Below are positions 38,538 through 49,021 of a stretch of 64,000 nt of DNA, one piece after another. The notes below the pieces were generated by a model. That model did not search any database and was not told the DNA's origin. It saw only the letters and a program-made list of their open reading frames with translations. The position numbers were made by a program, and so were the translations under genes. Source of the DNA: Promethearchaeota archaeon (lineage in GTDB: Archaea > Asgardarchaeota > Lokiarchaeia > Sigyniarchaeales > SOKP01); assembly GCA_016839555.1 (NCBI GenBank), contig JAEOUA010000003.1:96001-160000 (forward strand), in the 5' to 3' direction. The number at the start of each line of letters is the position of its first letter. Within the stretch, counting starts at the first letter, position 1.

Positions 38538-41500
38538 ATGGAATTAAATTTTAGAAAAGTCTTATGTATAAATCTTATAGGGAAAGAGGGTTGTAAATAT
38601 AAAGTTATTGATAAAATCGATAGAGGGGGAGGGGGAAATGTTTTTGTATGTGTTGATGATGATGAAAACCAATTTGCTGTAAAAATTTTTTCTCGTTTAG
38701 GTAGAGATGATACTGAAAGATCAAGAAAGCGTTTCATAAATACCTATTCTTTTCTTTATCAATTAAAACATGAAAATGTCATCCCAGTTATTGATTATGA
38801 GAAATGTAAATATGATGGGAATTCTCTTCCTTTCTACATCATGCTTATAGCAAGAGAAAATCTTAAGGATTATTTTAAGAGAAATGAAATAAAAGAAAAA
38901 ACTTACGAAGTTGAACGCATTTTAAATCAAATTCTTGATGGGCTTATTTATTTACATAATGAAGGCTATGTGCATAGAGATATTAAGCCTAAAAACATAT
39001 TAGTCTTTCCTGATAATAAAATTAAAATTGCTGATTTGGATATAGGACATATTCCAGATAAGTATAAAAAAGAATCAATTGAGACACTTCCAGAGGATTA
39101 TTCTCAAAAGGGTTTCTATAAAACGATAGAAGAAAGAGCTTCGGATGATCCTAGAGCAGACATTTTTGCTTTAGGAAAGGTTATAATGCATTTATTAACG
39201 GGTGGAAAACAAGAAGCTGGGATAATAATTAGTCAAGTAAATCACTCCTTTAGTCGGAGATTTGATAATATTATAGCAAAGATGACCAAGGATAATATTG
39301 ACGAACGTTATCCCTCCCTAATTGAAGTTAAAAAAGCGCTATTGCTATATTTTAATACGGCAGAAACAAAATTACGAAATTCTCTTGATGATGAAATTTA
39401 TCGTAAGTTTTTCGACCTAGATCAAAATTTAGCTGAGGAATTTGATTCTGCTGTTAGTCTATTAAAGCAAGAGAATCTTTCTAGGAGATTTTCTCAATCA
39501 GCTAACTCTTTTCAATATATATGCAAAATTTTACAAAAACATCTTGATAGATGGTATTCTGAAGCATTATTTATCCCTAAGCGATCCCGAGAATTAAAGG
39601 AACAATTATTAAATGAATTGAATAATATATGTCAATTTTTTACAATAATAGCGGATCATGAGAAGGATACAAATAAACCAGAATTTGAAGGTAAGATTGA
39701 AGAATTTGAGAAAATAGTAAAAAAGTTATTAAAATCCAATATAAATGTTATTAATGCCTTAGATAATCTCTTGGAGAAAAAGAACCCCGTTTTAGATGAT
39801 GTGGACGAATTAATTAGTTTATTAAGCAATCCATCTCATTCACAATATTTTTTCACAAGGCTAAAATCTCCGAAATGGTTGGATTTATTAATTGAAAAGG
39901 AATTTTTTAGTAATCCGCCTGAGCATGAAATTGAGCAGCCATTAATGATACATATTTGGCCTCAAATTAATTACTTAATAAATATATCCTCTATCCGGCC
40001 GCAAAAAGTTCTTTCAATATTGAATGATATAAGTCCTATTGTGCATTTTTCAATAAATAGATCAATTCTTTTATGCATTAACAACATGCCGGTTGAAATC
40101 TCTAAACAAGCACTCCCCTTGATTAAAAAATTAAGTTCTAATTTTTCAATAGCAGAATCTATTTATCTTAAAAAATTAGTGAAAGCATTTATTTTTGAAA
40201 AAGAGATTGAATCTGTTTATAGCATCTTAGAGATTATCTTGATAAAAGAAGGAAAAAGGCAAAAAAAAGAATTCTTATTATCAGACGATGTTTATTATTT
40301 AATATTAGATTATCAAGATATTTTCGATCAATTGATTATTATTGATAAGAATACAAAAGAGCTCCGAGTCTTGAGGCTTTTATGTAAAATTTTATCATTT
40401 AATTTATATCTAAATTCAAATAATGATTCTGATAAAGTTAAAGATTATTCTGAAATATGGAGAACCAGTATTAAATCTGAAAGTGATATTTATGAGACAA
40501 AAGATACAAAAAATCTATTAGTTAATAAGATTCGAGATTATTTTTCTGAGATTGATTCTACTAACCACCAACTCATTAAGGAAGGATTTAAGATATTGGA
40601 AAAATATGAATTGACCATTTTTAAGAGGATTAGATTATTCATAATAAATGCATTTCCAAATATATTTTCTGAGGAATTACTTAAATATCTATGTAATGAA
40701 AATTTCTTTTTTGATGATAAGCTATGGAGCGAATATTATACTTTACTAAAGAATCATTTCCCAAAACTTTCTGAAAATCAAAAACAATTGATTTTTGAGT
40801 GGATTAAAAAAGGACCTAAAATTCAATTTATAGAAAAAGACTTTGATACAACACAAAAATATGAAAAATTTAAATCAGAAGTTATTTCCGCGTGGTTAAG
40901 AAGAAGAATGGAACCTATTCATCGTTATTTAAAACCAGAATTAAGAGAAAAATATGAGAATCTAATTAAGAAATTTGGAAAAATTGAAGAGCCACAATTT
41001 TATAACAAAATGGAGCATCCTCGATTCTTTTCAGGTTCACCATTGAAAGATTCCGAACTTAAGAGTTTAAAAATATCCGAGTTAATTTCCTATTTACAGA
41101 AATGGCAACCAAACGAGAAGGATTTCTTGGCTTCTAAAAGTGGTCTCGGTGTAGCTTTATATAGATTAATTTCTGAAAATACTGAAAAATTTGAAATTTT
41201 ATTGGACTATTTAGATGAGATTCCATTTTATTATTTTTCACATATAATCAGAGGATTTTCATCATCATTGAAAAAAAATAAGCCTTTGCAAATAGCCAAA
41301 AAAGTGGATAAAATTATTCAAACATTTAGAAAATATGAAAATGATTATACCTTAAAGCAATATTACGAAGTATCTAAAGCAATATTTAACTTTGTACAAG
41401 AAGCTTTAAACATAGAAAATATAAAATTATCTAATGAGATTATTAACCAAGTGCGGAATTTTATTTTAGATATGTTAACTCTTGACAAGTTTGAGTCTAA

Positions 41501-42578
41501 GAAATATCAAAATCTCTCACAATACGAGGATATTGTTGCATATTCAATTAATACATTTAAAGGTAACCTAATTTTAACCTTTCTCTCTTATGCTGTGTAT
41601 CACGGGAGAAACATGGACATAACTAAAAAAGACAAAATGACTTCTGAAGTGAAAGAAGTGTTCAATAAATTACTCGATCCCGGAATAGGTTCTGCCGAAA
41701 TAATTCGTTCAATATTATGTTCTCATCTGAATATAATATTTTATCTAAATAAAGAATGGTTACTGTCTAATATTAAAGAATTATTTCCTGAAAAAAATAA
41801 AGATTTATGGAGGATTGGATGGGAAAGTTATATTGCATATAGTGACTTAAATCCAATAATTTATGAAGTCCTTAGAAATGATTACAGAAACGCAATAGTA
41901 GAATTTCAAAAGTATTCTTTTTCGAATAAAATGAGCAAAGGACTTGCTGGTCATATCATCCTTCTTTATGTTTATGACCTTGCTGAGTTAAATGATAAAT
42001 CGATCATTCATTTATTTTTCGAAAATGTTGATCTCCAAACTCGTTCAAATGCTATGTGGTTTATTTTACATCTTTGGGATAATAATAAGGGAACAGCACA
42101 AGAAGGTAAGATACTTCATAAAATCTTAAATATATGGGAATATCGCATAAATCAAATACAAAATATTGAATCTTTAGACCTTAAGAAGTTTGAAAGAGAA
42201 CTCAAATGGTATCCCAGGTTATTTAATAAATTACCGAAAGGAGAACTACAAATAATGATTCTCACTAAGGTTATAGAATTGATCGAGGGAAGGATAGAAA
42301 CCTCTATAATCGATATTATGGATGTGTTAAAAAAATATACCGAAAAATATCCTAATTTGGTTTTAAAAAATATTGAATATCTGTTGAAAGGATCTCAAGA
42401 ATCTTATTTTATAGGGAGAGATGAGATAAAGATCATTAAAATTATGGAAATAATAGCAGAAAAAGGTGGCATTAAAGTTTTTAGAAATGAATTAAAGAAG
42501 ATAACTGAATTATTATTGTCAAAAGGACATTATGAAATAAAAAACGCACAATTCTATCCTTCTCTTAATATTTCTTAA
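38538..42578 (+). CDS. Ser/Thr protein kinase fused to about 1050-aa helical C-terminal region
   Basis: GGGGNVF, FAVK, HRDIKPKNIL and DIFALG; the DFG position reads DLD; long alpha-helical tail. Confidence 0.8.
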   Translation: MELNFRKVLCINLIGKEGCKYKVIDKIDRGGGGNVFVCVDDDENQFAVKIFSRLGRDDTERSRKRFINTYSFLYQLKHENVIPVIDYEKCKYDGNSLPFYIMLIARENLKDYFKRNEIKEKTYEVERILNQILDGLIYLHNEGYVHRDIKPKNILVFPDNKIKIADLDIGHIPDKYKKESIETLPEDYSQKGFYKTIEERASDDPRADIFALGKVIMHLLTGGKQEAGIIISQVNHSFSRRFDNIIAKMTKDNIDERYPSLIEVKKALLLYFNTAETKLRNSLDDEIYRKFFDLDQNLAEEFDSAVSLLKQENLSRRFSQSANSFQYICKILQKHLDRWYSEALFIPKRSRELKEQLLNELNNICQFFTIIADHEKDTNKPEFEGKIEEFEKIVKKLLKSNINVINALDNLLEKKNPVLDDVDELISLLSNPSHSQYFFTRLKSPKWLDLLIEKEFFSNPPEHEIEQPLMIHIWPQINYLINISSIRPQKVLSILNDISPIVHFSINRSILLCINNMPVEISKQALPLIKKLSSNFSIAESIYLKKLVKAFIFEKEIESVYSILEIILIKEGKRQKKEFLLSDDVYYLILDYQDIFDQLIIIDKNTKELRVLRLLCKILSFNLYLNSNNDSDKVKDYSEIWRTSIKSESDIYETKDTKNLLVNKIRDYFSEIDSTNHQLIKEGFKILEKYELTIFKRIRLFIINAFPNIFSEELLKYLCNENFFFDDKLWSEYYTLLKNHFPKLSENQKQLIFEWIKKGPKIQFIEKDFDTTQKYEKFKSEVISAWLRRRMEPIHRYLKPELREKYENLIKKFGKIEEPQFYNKMEHPRFFSGSPLKDSELKSLKISELISYLQKWQPNEKDFLASKSGLGVALYRLISENTEKFEILLDYLDEIPFYYFSHIIRGFSSSLKKNKPLQIAKKVDKIIQTFRKYENDYTLKQYYEVSKAIFNFVQEALNIENIKLSNEIINQVRNFILDMLTLDKFESKKYQNLSQYEDIVAYSINTFKGNLILTFLSYAVYHGRNMDITKKDKMTSEVKEVFNKLLDPGIGSAEIIRSILCSHLNIIFYLNKEWLLSNIKELFPEKNKDLWRIGWESYIAYSDLNPIIYEVLRNDYRNAIVEFQKYSFSNKMSKGLAGHIILLYVYDLAELNDKSIIHLFFENVDLQTRSNAMWFILHLWDNNKGTAQEGKILHKILNIWEYRINQIQNIESLDLKKFERELKWYPRLFNKLPKGELQIMILTKVIELIEGRIETSIIDIMDVLKKYTEKYPNLVLKNIEYLLKGSQESYFIGRDEIKIIKIMEIIAEKGGIKVFRNELKKITELLLSKGHYEIKNAQFYPSLNIS

Positions 42579-42792
42579 TTATATCTTCTTTTTATTTACT
42601 TTTAATAGAAAACAAAATGAGAAAAAGATAAGAAAATTCATCAGAGAGTATAGAAAAAGGGAGGAGAGCGAATCTTTTTTTTGCGTCAATCAAAAAAAAG
42701 AGTATTAGACAAAAATCCAGAAGTCTCGATGAAATTCTTATCTTTATAAATACTCCTTCAGTGAAGGAATATTACCATGATAAAGAAAGGAA

Positions 42793-44028
42793 TTATGGAG
42801 GTCCTTTCGAATGAAATACAAACTGACATTTATCCTTATTGAAATTACGATTATGTTTAGAATCGTCTTTATAATGATTAAGTGGTAATAAAAGAGAGAC
42901 GTAGATGGGTTGTAAATCAGCTTGATTTCGAATCATAAATATAAAATTATTATAATATTTTTTAGTCTTAAGAATTTTCTGTGAGAACTCTACATTTAGC
43001 TGTGTGATGTGAATAATTTTTGGAGTTCGAATAAATTCCGGAGATGTTTCTTTTCCCTTTGATTCTCCTTTAAGTTCTTTCTTTTCGGCTGTAAAGATTC
43101 CTAATTTATAGATCGTCCTTTTTACAATATCAGCCGATTTTACCAGACTTTCAAAACCTTCCACATTAAATTCTTCGATAAGGTGTCGTTTTACTCGGGA
43201 TTGAATGGTGCTCATTGCGATATTTAACCTCTTACAGAGAGAATTAATTGTAACTTTATTTTGATAATGGCATAATACAGCCACGGAAGAGACCAGTCCA
43301 GCGATCACATCATCTTTAGTGCAATAAATGTCTTTCCATAAAACTTTAAGTAAACATATAGCGTCGTTATAAAAGTCCATCCCCAAATGAAATTCTTGAG
43401 AAAGCCTAAATAGTTTGTTCTTTATGAGTTTTTTCCGATTACGATCTCGTTGTCCTATCATAAGGTCAATAAGCTTGAATTTATAGCGGTTATATTCTTT
43501 TTTTCCCATATTTGTAAGCGTCATTAATTCTTGTTCGTTTATAGGAATGCCTTGCTTTCTGCAATAGAAGTACACAAGTACAGGAATTAAATTTTCAAGC
43601 ATATATGTCCCTTTTTGAAGAGTTGCTTTGAGTTTTTTGAAGCTCCTTAAAATCGGCGCTTTAAAGGAATGAGGGAGATTTAATCCCGAGAGAAGTCGAA
43701 GAATTTGGAGTTCTACATCTAAAAGTGCATAATATTTATATGATCGTTGTTGTTGAAGTTTCTGCATACGTTCGAGCTTAGATGATTGTTGGTGATTACA
43801 ACGTTCTTTTTGGGTGCCAATAGAAGAGCTTCCCGAGGAAATTTCATGATGCACTTGCTCTTTTTTATATGGGTAATGAGATTTCATTATTGGAATTTCC
43901 AACACACATCCACACCGAGAGCATACGTAACTTTGCTCGGTTTCTATAATCTCGTCCGATAGACATAGATCACAGGTTAATCCAAAACCTGTTGAATTAT
44001 CATAATATACACAATTTTGAACAGCCAT
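42793..44028 (-). CDS. divergent TFB/TFIIB-like protein (Zn ribbon plus cyclin-like repeats)
   Basis: CDLC...YVCSRCGCVL ribbon; LLSGLNLP...VYFYCRKQGIP and a second helical repeat ending STIQSRVK. Confidence 0.65.
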   Translation of the reverse strand: MAVQNCVYYDNSTGFGLTCDLCLSDEIIETEQSYVCSRCGCVLEIPIMKSHYPYKKEQVHHEISSGSSSIGTQKERCNHQQSSKLERMQKLQQQRSYKYYALLDVELQILRLLSGLNLPHSFKAPILRSFKKLKATLQKGTYMLENLIPVLVYFYCRKQGIPINEQELMTLTNMGKKEYNRYKFKLIDLMIGQRDRNRKKLIKNKLFRLSQEFHLGMDFYNDAICLLKVLWKDIYCTKDDVIAGLVSSVAVLCHYQNKVTINSLCKRLNIAMSTIQSRVKRHLIEEFNVEGFESLVKSADIVKRTIYKLGIFTAEKKELKGESKGKETSPEFIRTPKIIHITQLNVEFSQKILKTKKYYNNFIFMIRNQADLQPIYVSLLLPLNHYKDDSKHNRNFNKDKCQFVFHSKGPP

Positions 44029-44047
44029 AGTAGATTCACACTTTTTT

Positions 44048-44581
44048 TTATTTTTTCACCCCAATGGTTACATTTTCAAAGTTTAATTGCTGTAATAAAT
44101 CCAAAAAACAGATAATACAAGGAAGTTTGAGAGTAATTCTTCTCTCATACACATATCGAAAGGATTTTTCCATTCTCAGCCGTGCAATAAGTTTTTCCTT
44201 AAGTTGTTGTCGGTCGTAAGGTCTGTTAAAATAGTAAAGCCTCAAATATTGCTCATCTAATTCAGTGTTGCATACGGGACACATTCTATATTTTTTGTGA
44301 AATTTAGGAAAAGTAAGGGTATATGTTTTAATATTTTGAAAGGTACATCGATCTTCGTCAAATTCAAACCTTCGGAGATCCTCAGTAAAAGTTAAGCACT
44401 CACTAACGGAAATATAGGAGATTTTAGCAACTTTATCCAAGCTTAGAAAGTAATCATTTGCGTTTAAATAGAGAAGGAACAAGAGCGGTATGAGTTTCAA
44501 AGGATCTGTCTGAATAGCGCATTTCTCGATTTCCTGAAATAAAATATAGATCTGCTCGTTAATCGAAAGAGGCAAATCCAA
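44048..44581 (-). CDS. hypothetical Zn-binding protein
   Basis: CPVC...PCIIC. Confidence 0.55.
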   Translation of the reverse strand: MDLPLSINEQIYILFQEIEKCAIQTDPLKLIPLLFLLYLNANDYFLSLDKVAKISYISVSECLTFTEDLRRFEFDEDRCTFQNIKTYTLTFPKFHKKYRMCPVCNTELDEQYLRLYYFNRPYDRQQLKEKLIARLRMEKSFRYVYERRITLKLPCIICFLDLLQQLNFENVTIGVKK

Positions 44582-44640
44582 TCTCTTTCTTATTCTATTA
44601 ATTTCTTGCCTAACTTTATGGTAAAGCCCTTGAATAATAC

Positions 44641-44994
44641 TTATACCTCTTCTTTATCTTTATATTTAGATGAACATATTAAATCTTCAAGAATTTTTTT
44701 TATGTTCGCTTTTTTTTGAGCTGATAATGTGTGAATGTCTTTCCCTTCTGGAATAGGAGAAATCAATTTTTTCCTATGTGTTAAGGAAGTAAAAATCCGT
44801 AAAAAGTTGGTTAGATACTCTCCTTTTACTGCCTCTGAATGTAAAAGTTTTATAAGGAGTTTAGTAGCCCACGCAAACCAGACATCAAAATTATCTTCCA
44901 AACTCTCACTAAGAATTTCTATAAATTGTGAATAAAGTAAGGATATTTTGTTAGATTCAGGTTTTAGCTTTGATGAATGGTCTAGAGTACTCAT
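44641..44994 (-). CDS. hypothetical protein
   Basis: 117-aa ORF, first gene of the minus-strand three-gene unit. Confidence 0.55.
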   Translation of the reverse strand: MSTLDHSSKLKPESNKISLLYSQFIEILSESLEDNFDVWFAWATKLLIKLLHSEAVKGEYLTNFLRIFTSLTHRKKLISPIPEGKDIHTLSAQKKANIKKILEDLICSSKYKDKEEV

Positions 44995-45094
44995 CTTAAT
45001 GGTTTTTATCTTTTATTTACCTGATATTTTATAGTGATGATACTAAGATTATAAAATGATAAGATGATATTTAAATGTTATCGTTACTAATCGC

Positions 45095-45116
45095 TAATTG
45101 CAATCGATAGCAATTA
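45095..45116. promoter_or_regulatory. palindromic operator-like site between divergent genes
   Basis: TAATTGCAATCGATAGCAATTA (one mismatched pair), with ATCGnTA repeats at 45080, 45090 and 45103. Confidence 0.45.
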
Positions 45117-45346
45117 ATAGACAATAATTAAAAACCATTAATATTTATTATAATAATCTGCACTTCCAAATCTCTAAATAACATAATAAAAATAGTATTA
45201 AAAATCATTATACACTATCACTCATTTACTTGACCAAATCTCAATAATTTCCGAATTATTTATAGATTTTAATAACTTCTTACTTAATATATAAGATTTT
45301 AATATATTTACAAACATTTTTAATAAAAAAGAAATAATACTTAGAT

Positions 45347-45682
45347 ATGGAATCGAAACCTTTTCGAGTTTCTTTACGGGAGGCGGGTGAAAAGGATGAA
45401 GAAACAGGTAAAGCAAGCTCCATTAAATTTACTATCCCCTCAGCAGTAGTAAAAGCATTAGAGATTGATAAAGGTGATATTGTCCATATTAAAGTATATA
45501 AGATATTAGAGGGAACTAATATTAGGGAAGTTGAGTTCCCTCTATTTTCCGAAGTTATTAAAGGAGGTTCTACTTCATTAGCCGTAACTGTAGATAAGAA
45601 AGAAGTGGAACGGTATGATTTAAATAAAGACCTCGATTTGGAAATTACGCTTTCTATTGTTAAAAAATATGATTCTATTTAA
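45347..45682 (+). CDS. tandem AbrB/MazE/SpoVT-type DNA-binding protein
   Basis: Two repeats: SIKFTIPSAVVKALEIDKGDIV and SLAVTVDKKEVERYDLNKD. Confidence 0.7.
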   Translation: MESKPFRVSLREAGEKDEETGKASSIKFTIPSAVVKALEIDKGDIVHIKVYKILEGTNIREVEFPLFSEVIKGGSTSLAVTVDKKEVERYDLNKDLDLEITLSIVKKYDSI

Positions 45683-46301
45683 CGAATATTTAAAAATTTA
45701 TTAAAATATTTAGAGATCTTAAAATTATTTTAATCAATATTATGTAATTTTTAATAGGAAAAACTGAGTAAGAAATTGGATATTCACTAACTTTGAAAGG
45801 ATTTTTTCTATATTTTCTTGTTTTTTTTCTTTTAATCTTGGATCATTATAATATTTTTCTAAAGTTAAAATCTCATTGATAATAAATATATAGTCCCAGA
45901 ATCAGATAATGGAAACTATTTTTGAATATACTTTGTGAGTGAAAAAGAATAAGAATTCTAAAAATAAAAATAAAATGCTTGAGAAATCAAGAGATTTAAA
46001 TTTAGACATTCCTTAATTTTATAATGGTTAAAAAATCCTTTGACTTTGTAGACTATTTTTATTATCGGTATCAAATTCCAGAGTATTAATTAGAAATCTC
46101 TATTCTTACTATAAGACTATGGCAAGATGAGAAACCAAACATATATTAGAAGCAGAAATTTTCTTTTCTTTTCTTATTTAATTCCTTTTTTAATTTTTAC
46201 AATAATCTATTACTCTATTTTAGTATTTAAGGGATTTTTATTTAAATAAATTTATTCAAAACTATTAGTAATGCATCATACAAGAATAAAAGAAAAAAAA
46301 A

Positions 46302-46526
46302 ATGGAAGTAATCTTCAAGTTCAAGTTAAGCACTCAAGATTTAGGAATTAACGCTTCTCAGTATTCTAATCAGCAACTTAAAGAACTATTAACAAAAGAA
46401 CTGATCGAAAACATCACAAATTACGATTTTGAGAAGGCATTAACCCGCAGTTCAGATGATTATATAACTTTCAAAATACAAAAGCCCACTTTAGAAGCTC
46501 CTAAATCCAAAATACCTATCTTTTAA
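46302..46526 (+). CDS. small hypothetical protein
   Basis: 74-aa ORF with ATG in otherwise non-coding AT-rich DNA. Confidence 0.45.
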   Translation: MEVIFKFKLSTQDLGINASQYSNQQLKELLTKELIENITNYDFEKALTRSSDDYITFKIQKPTLEAPKSKIPIF

Positions 46527-46950
46527 TTTACTTTCTTTTTTTCCTTTTTGTTAAAAATATGAGAATAAATGAGATTAAAAGTTCTCAGATTTCCTCAATC
46601 ATTATAAGGATGATCCCTTTAATTCGGGATTTTTTTTATACTAAGTTAATAGGAGATAGCTTCTATTACCCTTAGAAGACTATTTGAAACATCCAAAACC
46701 TTAAATATCTCAGAATAAACCACAAAACTACAAAATTTTTTTTATAAGTTAAGATCAATATTAACACTGTTAAGATAGTTATTAACTTAGATAGTTAAGA
46801 GATCTATTTTTTGAGACTGATCGGAAGAAGATTGAAAAAGAAGATTTATCAGATAACTGGGTTTCGTGTTTTAGATATTCCGAGAATCCTTTAAAATTGC
46901 TTAATTCTAAAGCAATTTGTCTTATTCATACATATATGAGAATTTTTCAT

Positions 46951-47071
46951 TAATTTTCTATAAGAATATTAGAGATCTTTTAATTTTATTAATATTTTGC
47001 TAATCTAATACTGTTGAGCTCTAATAAAGGAAAAATTTTATTTATTTTGGTTAATTAAAGAGTAATAATTA
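46951..47071 (+). repeat. about 120-bp upstream module, copy A (before spt5)
   Basis: Clearly similar to 52944-53064; contains hairpin arms TATTAGAG/CTCTAATA and BRE/TATA-like AAAAATTTTATTTATT. Confidence 0.8.
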
Positions 47072-47108
47072 TTGAAATTTTTGATAATTCAAATTAGGAG
47101 AAAAAGAT

Positions 47109-47882
47109 ATGACGGAACAAGAAAAAGATATGGGTGAAGATATAGATTCAGAAGAACTAATTACTGAAGAGGATAAAGAAAGATTAATGGATCTTACTAC
47201 CCTTTTTGCTGTAAGAACCACAATTAATCAAGAAAGTAATATTTTAAAACAGATTTTTTATCGCTTTCGGATTCTTGATGAAGTTCCAGATATCAGAGCC
47301 ATCTTAGTTTCTCCATTGCTTCCGGGATATGTATTCTTCGAGGCACCCCAAAAGAGAGATGTTCAGATAGCCGTCCAGGGAATTCCACATATAAAGGGAA
47401 GAATTGTACAGAACATTAATTTAGGGGAAATTAAACATGTTCTCTTGCCTAGAAGTGTTACAGAATATTTAGAAGTAGGTGATACTGTAGAAATTATAAG
47501 TGGTGTATTTGAAGGTGCCCGTGCGAAAGTTATGAGAATGCCACATGATACTTCTAGCAGTGAAGAAGTAGTAGTGCGCCTCCTTCAAGAAGAAACTCCA
47601 ATTACTATAAAGATCCATGGAGACTATCTTAAATTAGTTGGCAAGAAAGAAAAGGAAGAAGAAGAGGAAGAAATAATAGTTCCTCAAGTAAAGGTCAGTA
47701 CTTCTCAAGAAACAATGAAAGACTTAGATAAAGCATTAAGTTTTGAAGAAGAATTTGAAGCAGAATATGAAGGAGAGGAAGAACCAGAATCCAAATATGA
47801 AGAAATTGAAGAGGAGGAAGAAGAGGAAGAGGAAGAGGAATATGAAGAAGAAGATGCGTGGGCTAAATTTGACGGGTTTTAA
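47109..47882 (+). CDS. spt5: transcription elongation factor Spt5 (NGN+KOW) with long acidic C-terminal tail
   Basis: FAVRTT.NQE, LPGYVFFE and KOW GDTVEIISGVFEG; Glu-rich tail. Confidence 0.9.
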   Translation: MTEQEKDMGEDIDSEELITEEDKERLMDLTTLFAVRTTINQESNILKQIFYRFRILDEVPDIRAILVSPLLPGYVFFEAPQKRDVQIAVQGIPHIKGRIVQNINLGEIKHVLLPRSVTEYLEVGDTVEIISGVFEGARAKVMRMPHDTSSSEEVVVRLLQEETPITIKIHGDYLKLVGKKEKEEEEEEIIVPQVKVSTSQETMKDLDKALSFEEEFEAEYEGEEEPESKYEEIEEEEEEEEEEEYEEEDAWAKFDGF

Positions 47883-48066
47883 CTCATTTCTTTAAAATCA
47901 TGGAAGATGCCGGAAATGGATTAAATTCAGGTATTTTCTTCTAAATTTTTGATATTAATCTTAATCTTTTTATATCTGAATTATTATTAATTGAATATAT
48001 AATTAGATTATAAAGGGTTAAACAAAAAAGGGAATAAACACATCGAAACCCCTTCTATTTAAATTA

Positions 48067-48819
48067 ATGATTAAAAGCATTTTTATACAAAAAGGAAATA
48101 CAGGAGAGCTTATATTTTTTAAAACTTATGAGGATCTTTTTGATATTAAGTTAACTAGTAGTTTTTTAAGCGCTATTTTCTCATTTGTGAAACAGACTTT
48201 AAGAACAGAAATGCTCTCGGAAATTGAAGTTGGTCCATTTAGATTTATTTTTGAAATTGAAAAATTAGGGAATGATGAGCTTTTATTTGCGCTCTTTGCA
48301 GATCGAACAGACAATCTTGTTGAACTAAGAAATCATTTACGTGAAATTCAGACCCAATTTTTAAAAAGATTTGATGAATCTTCTTTAACTCATGGATTCG
48401 ATGGAGAGATTACAAAATTCAAAGCATTTGAAGAAAACATCGAAAATATATTGGAAGATAATAAGAGGCTTATTTCTGAAAGCATAAAAAAAGATATAAT
48501 AAAGGTTTTTGAGGAACTACATAAATTTTCCGTATTTGTGGTATCATCAGCTTTAATCACTCAAACGGGAAGGGTTGTTGTATCTTATTTAGATGCAAAT
48601 ATTCTCTCTGAAATAATTCGCTTATTAGAAGGGCGGTTTATTACTGGTAATTATAGAATTAATGAATTGATTTCACTGGAGGAGTTTGGTATCCTTTCAT
48701 TGAAGGGGATAGATGAACATTTCATTTCAGTCATTCAATTCAGAAAGGATTGTCCTTTTGAAACAAGCTTACTTATAGCGAAAAAATTTTCTAATAGATT
48801 AAAAAAATTGATCATTTAA
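48067..48819 (+). CDS. longin + roadblock-like domain protein
   Basis: N-terminal MIKSIFI...GELIF...LTSSFLSAI (longin-like) and C-terminal SALITQTGRVVVS (roadblock-like). Confidence 0.65.
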   Translation: MIKSIFIQKGNTGELIFFKTYEDLFDIKLTSSFLSAIFSFVKQTLRTEMLSEIEVGPFRFIFEIEKLGNDELLFALFADRTDNLVELRNHLREIQTQFLKRFDESSLTHGFDGEITKFKAFEENIENILEDNKRLISESIKKDIIKVFEELHKFSVFVVSSALITQTGRVVVSYLDANILSEIIRLLEGRFITGNYRINELISLEEFGILSLKGIDEHFISVIQFRKDCPFETSLLIAKKFSNRLKKLII

Positions 48820-49021
48820 AATTACTATTTTCTACAAAATAGTATAGTTTTAAAAAGAATTAGTAATAAACTGTTCACTATTTTTTCTACTTTTTAAAAA
48901 ATTATTTTCAATTATCTAAATGGAATTTAAAAAAAAATTAAAAAAGAATTTCATATTTTTACTATTATAAGAATTATTATAAAGTTATGAAAAAAACTTA
49001 AAAAAAATATAAGTGATAAAT

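Noticed and set aside
34327-47108. Complete provirus or integrative element with att sites
   Set aside because: No integrase, capsid, packaging or replication gene was recognised, and no flanking direct repeat or tRNA target was found.
47760-47855. GAA/GAG-rich low-complexity tract
   Set aside because: It encodes the Spt5 acidic tail and is not an independent repeat element.
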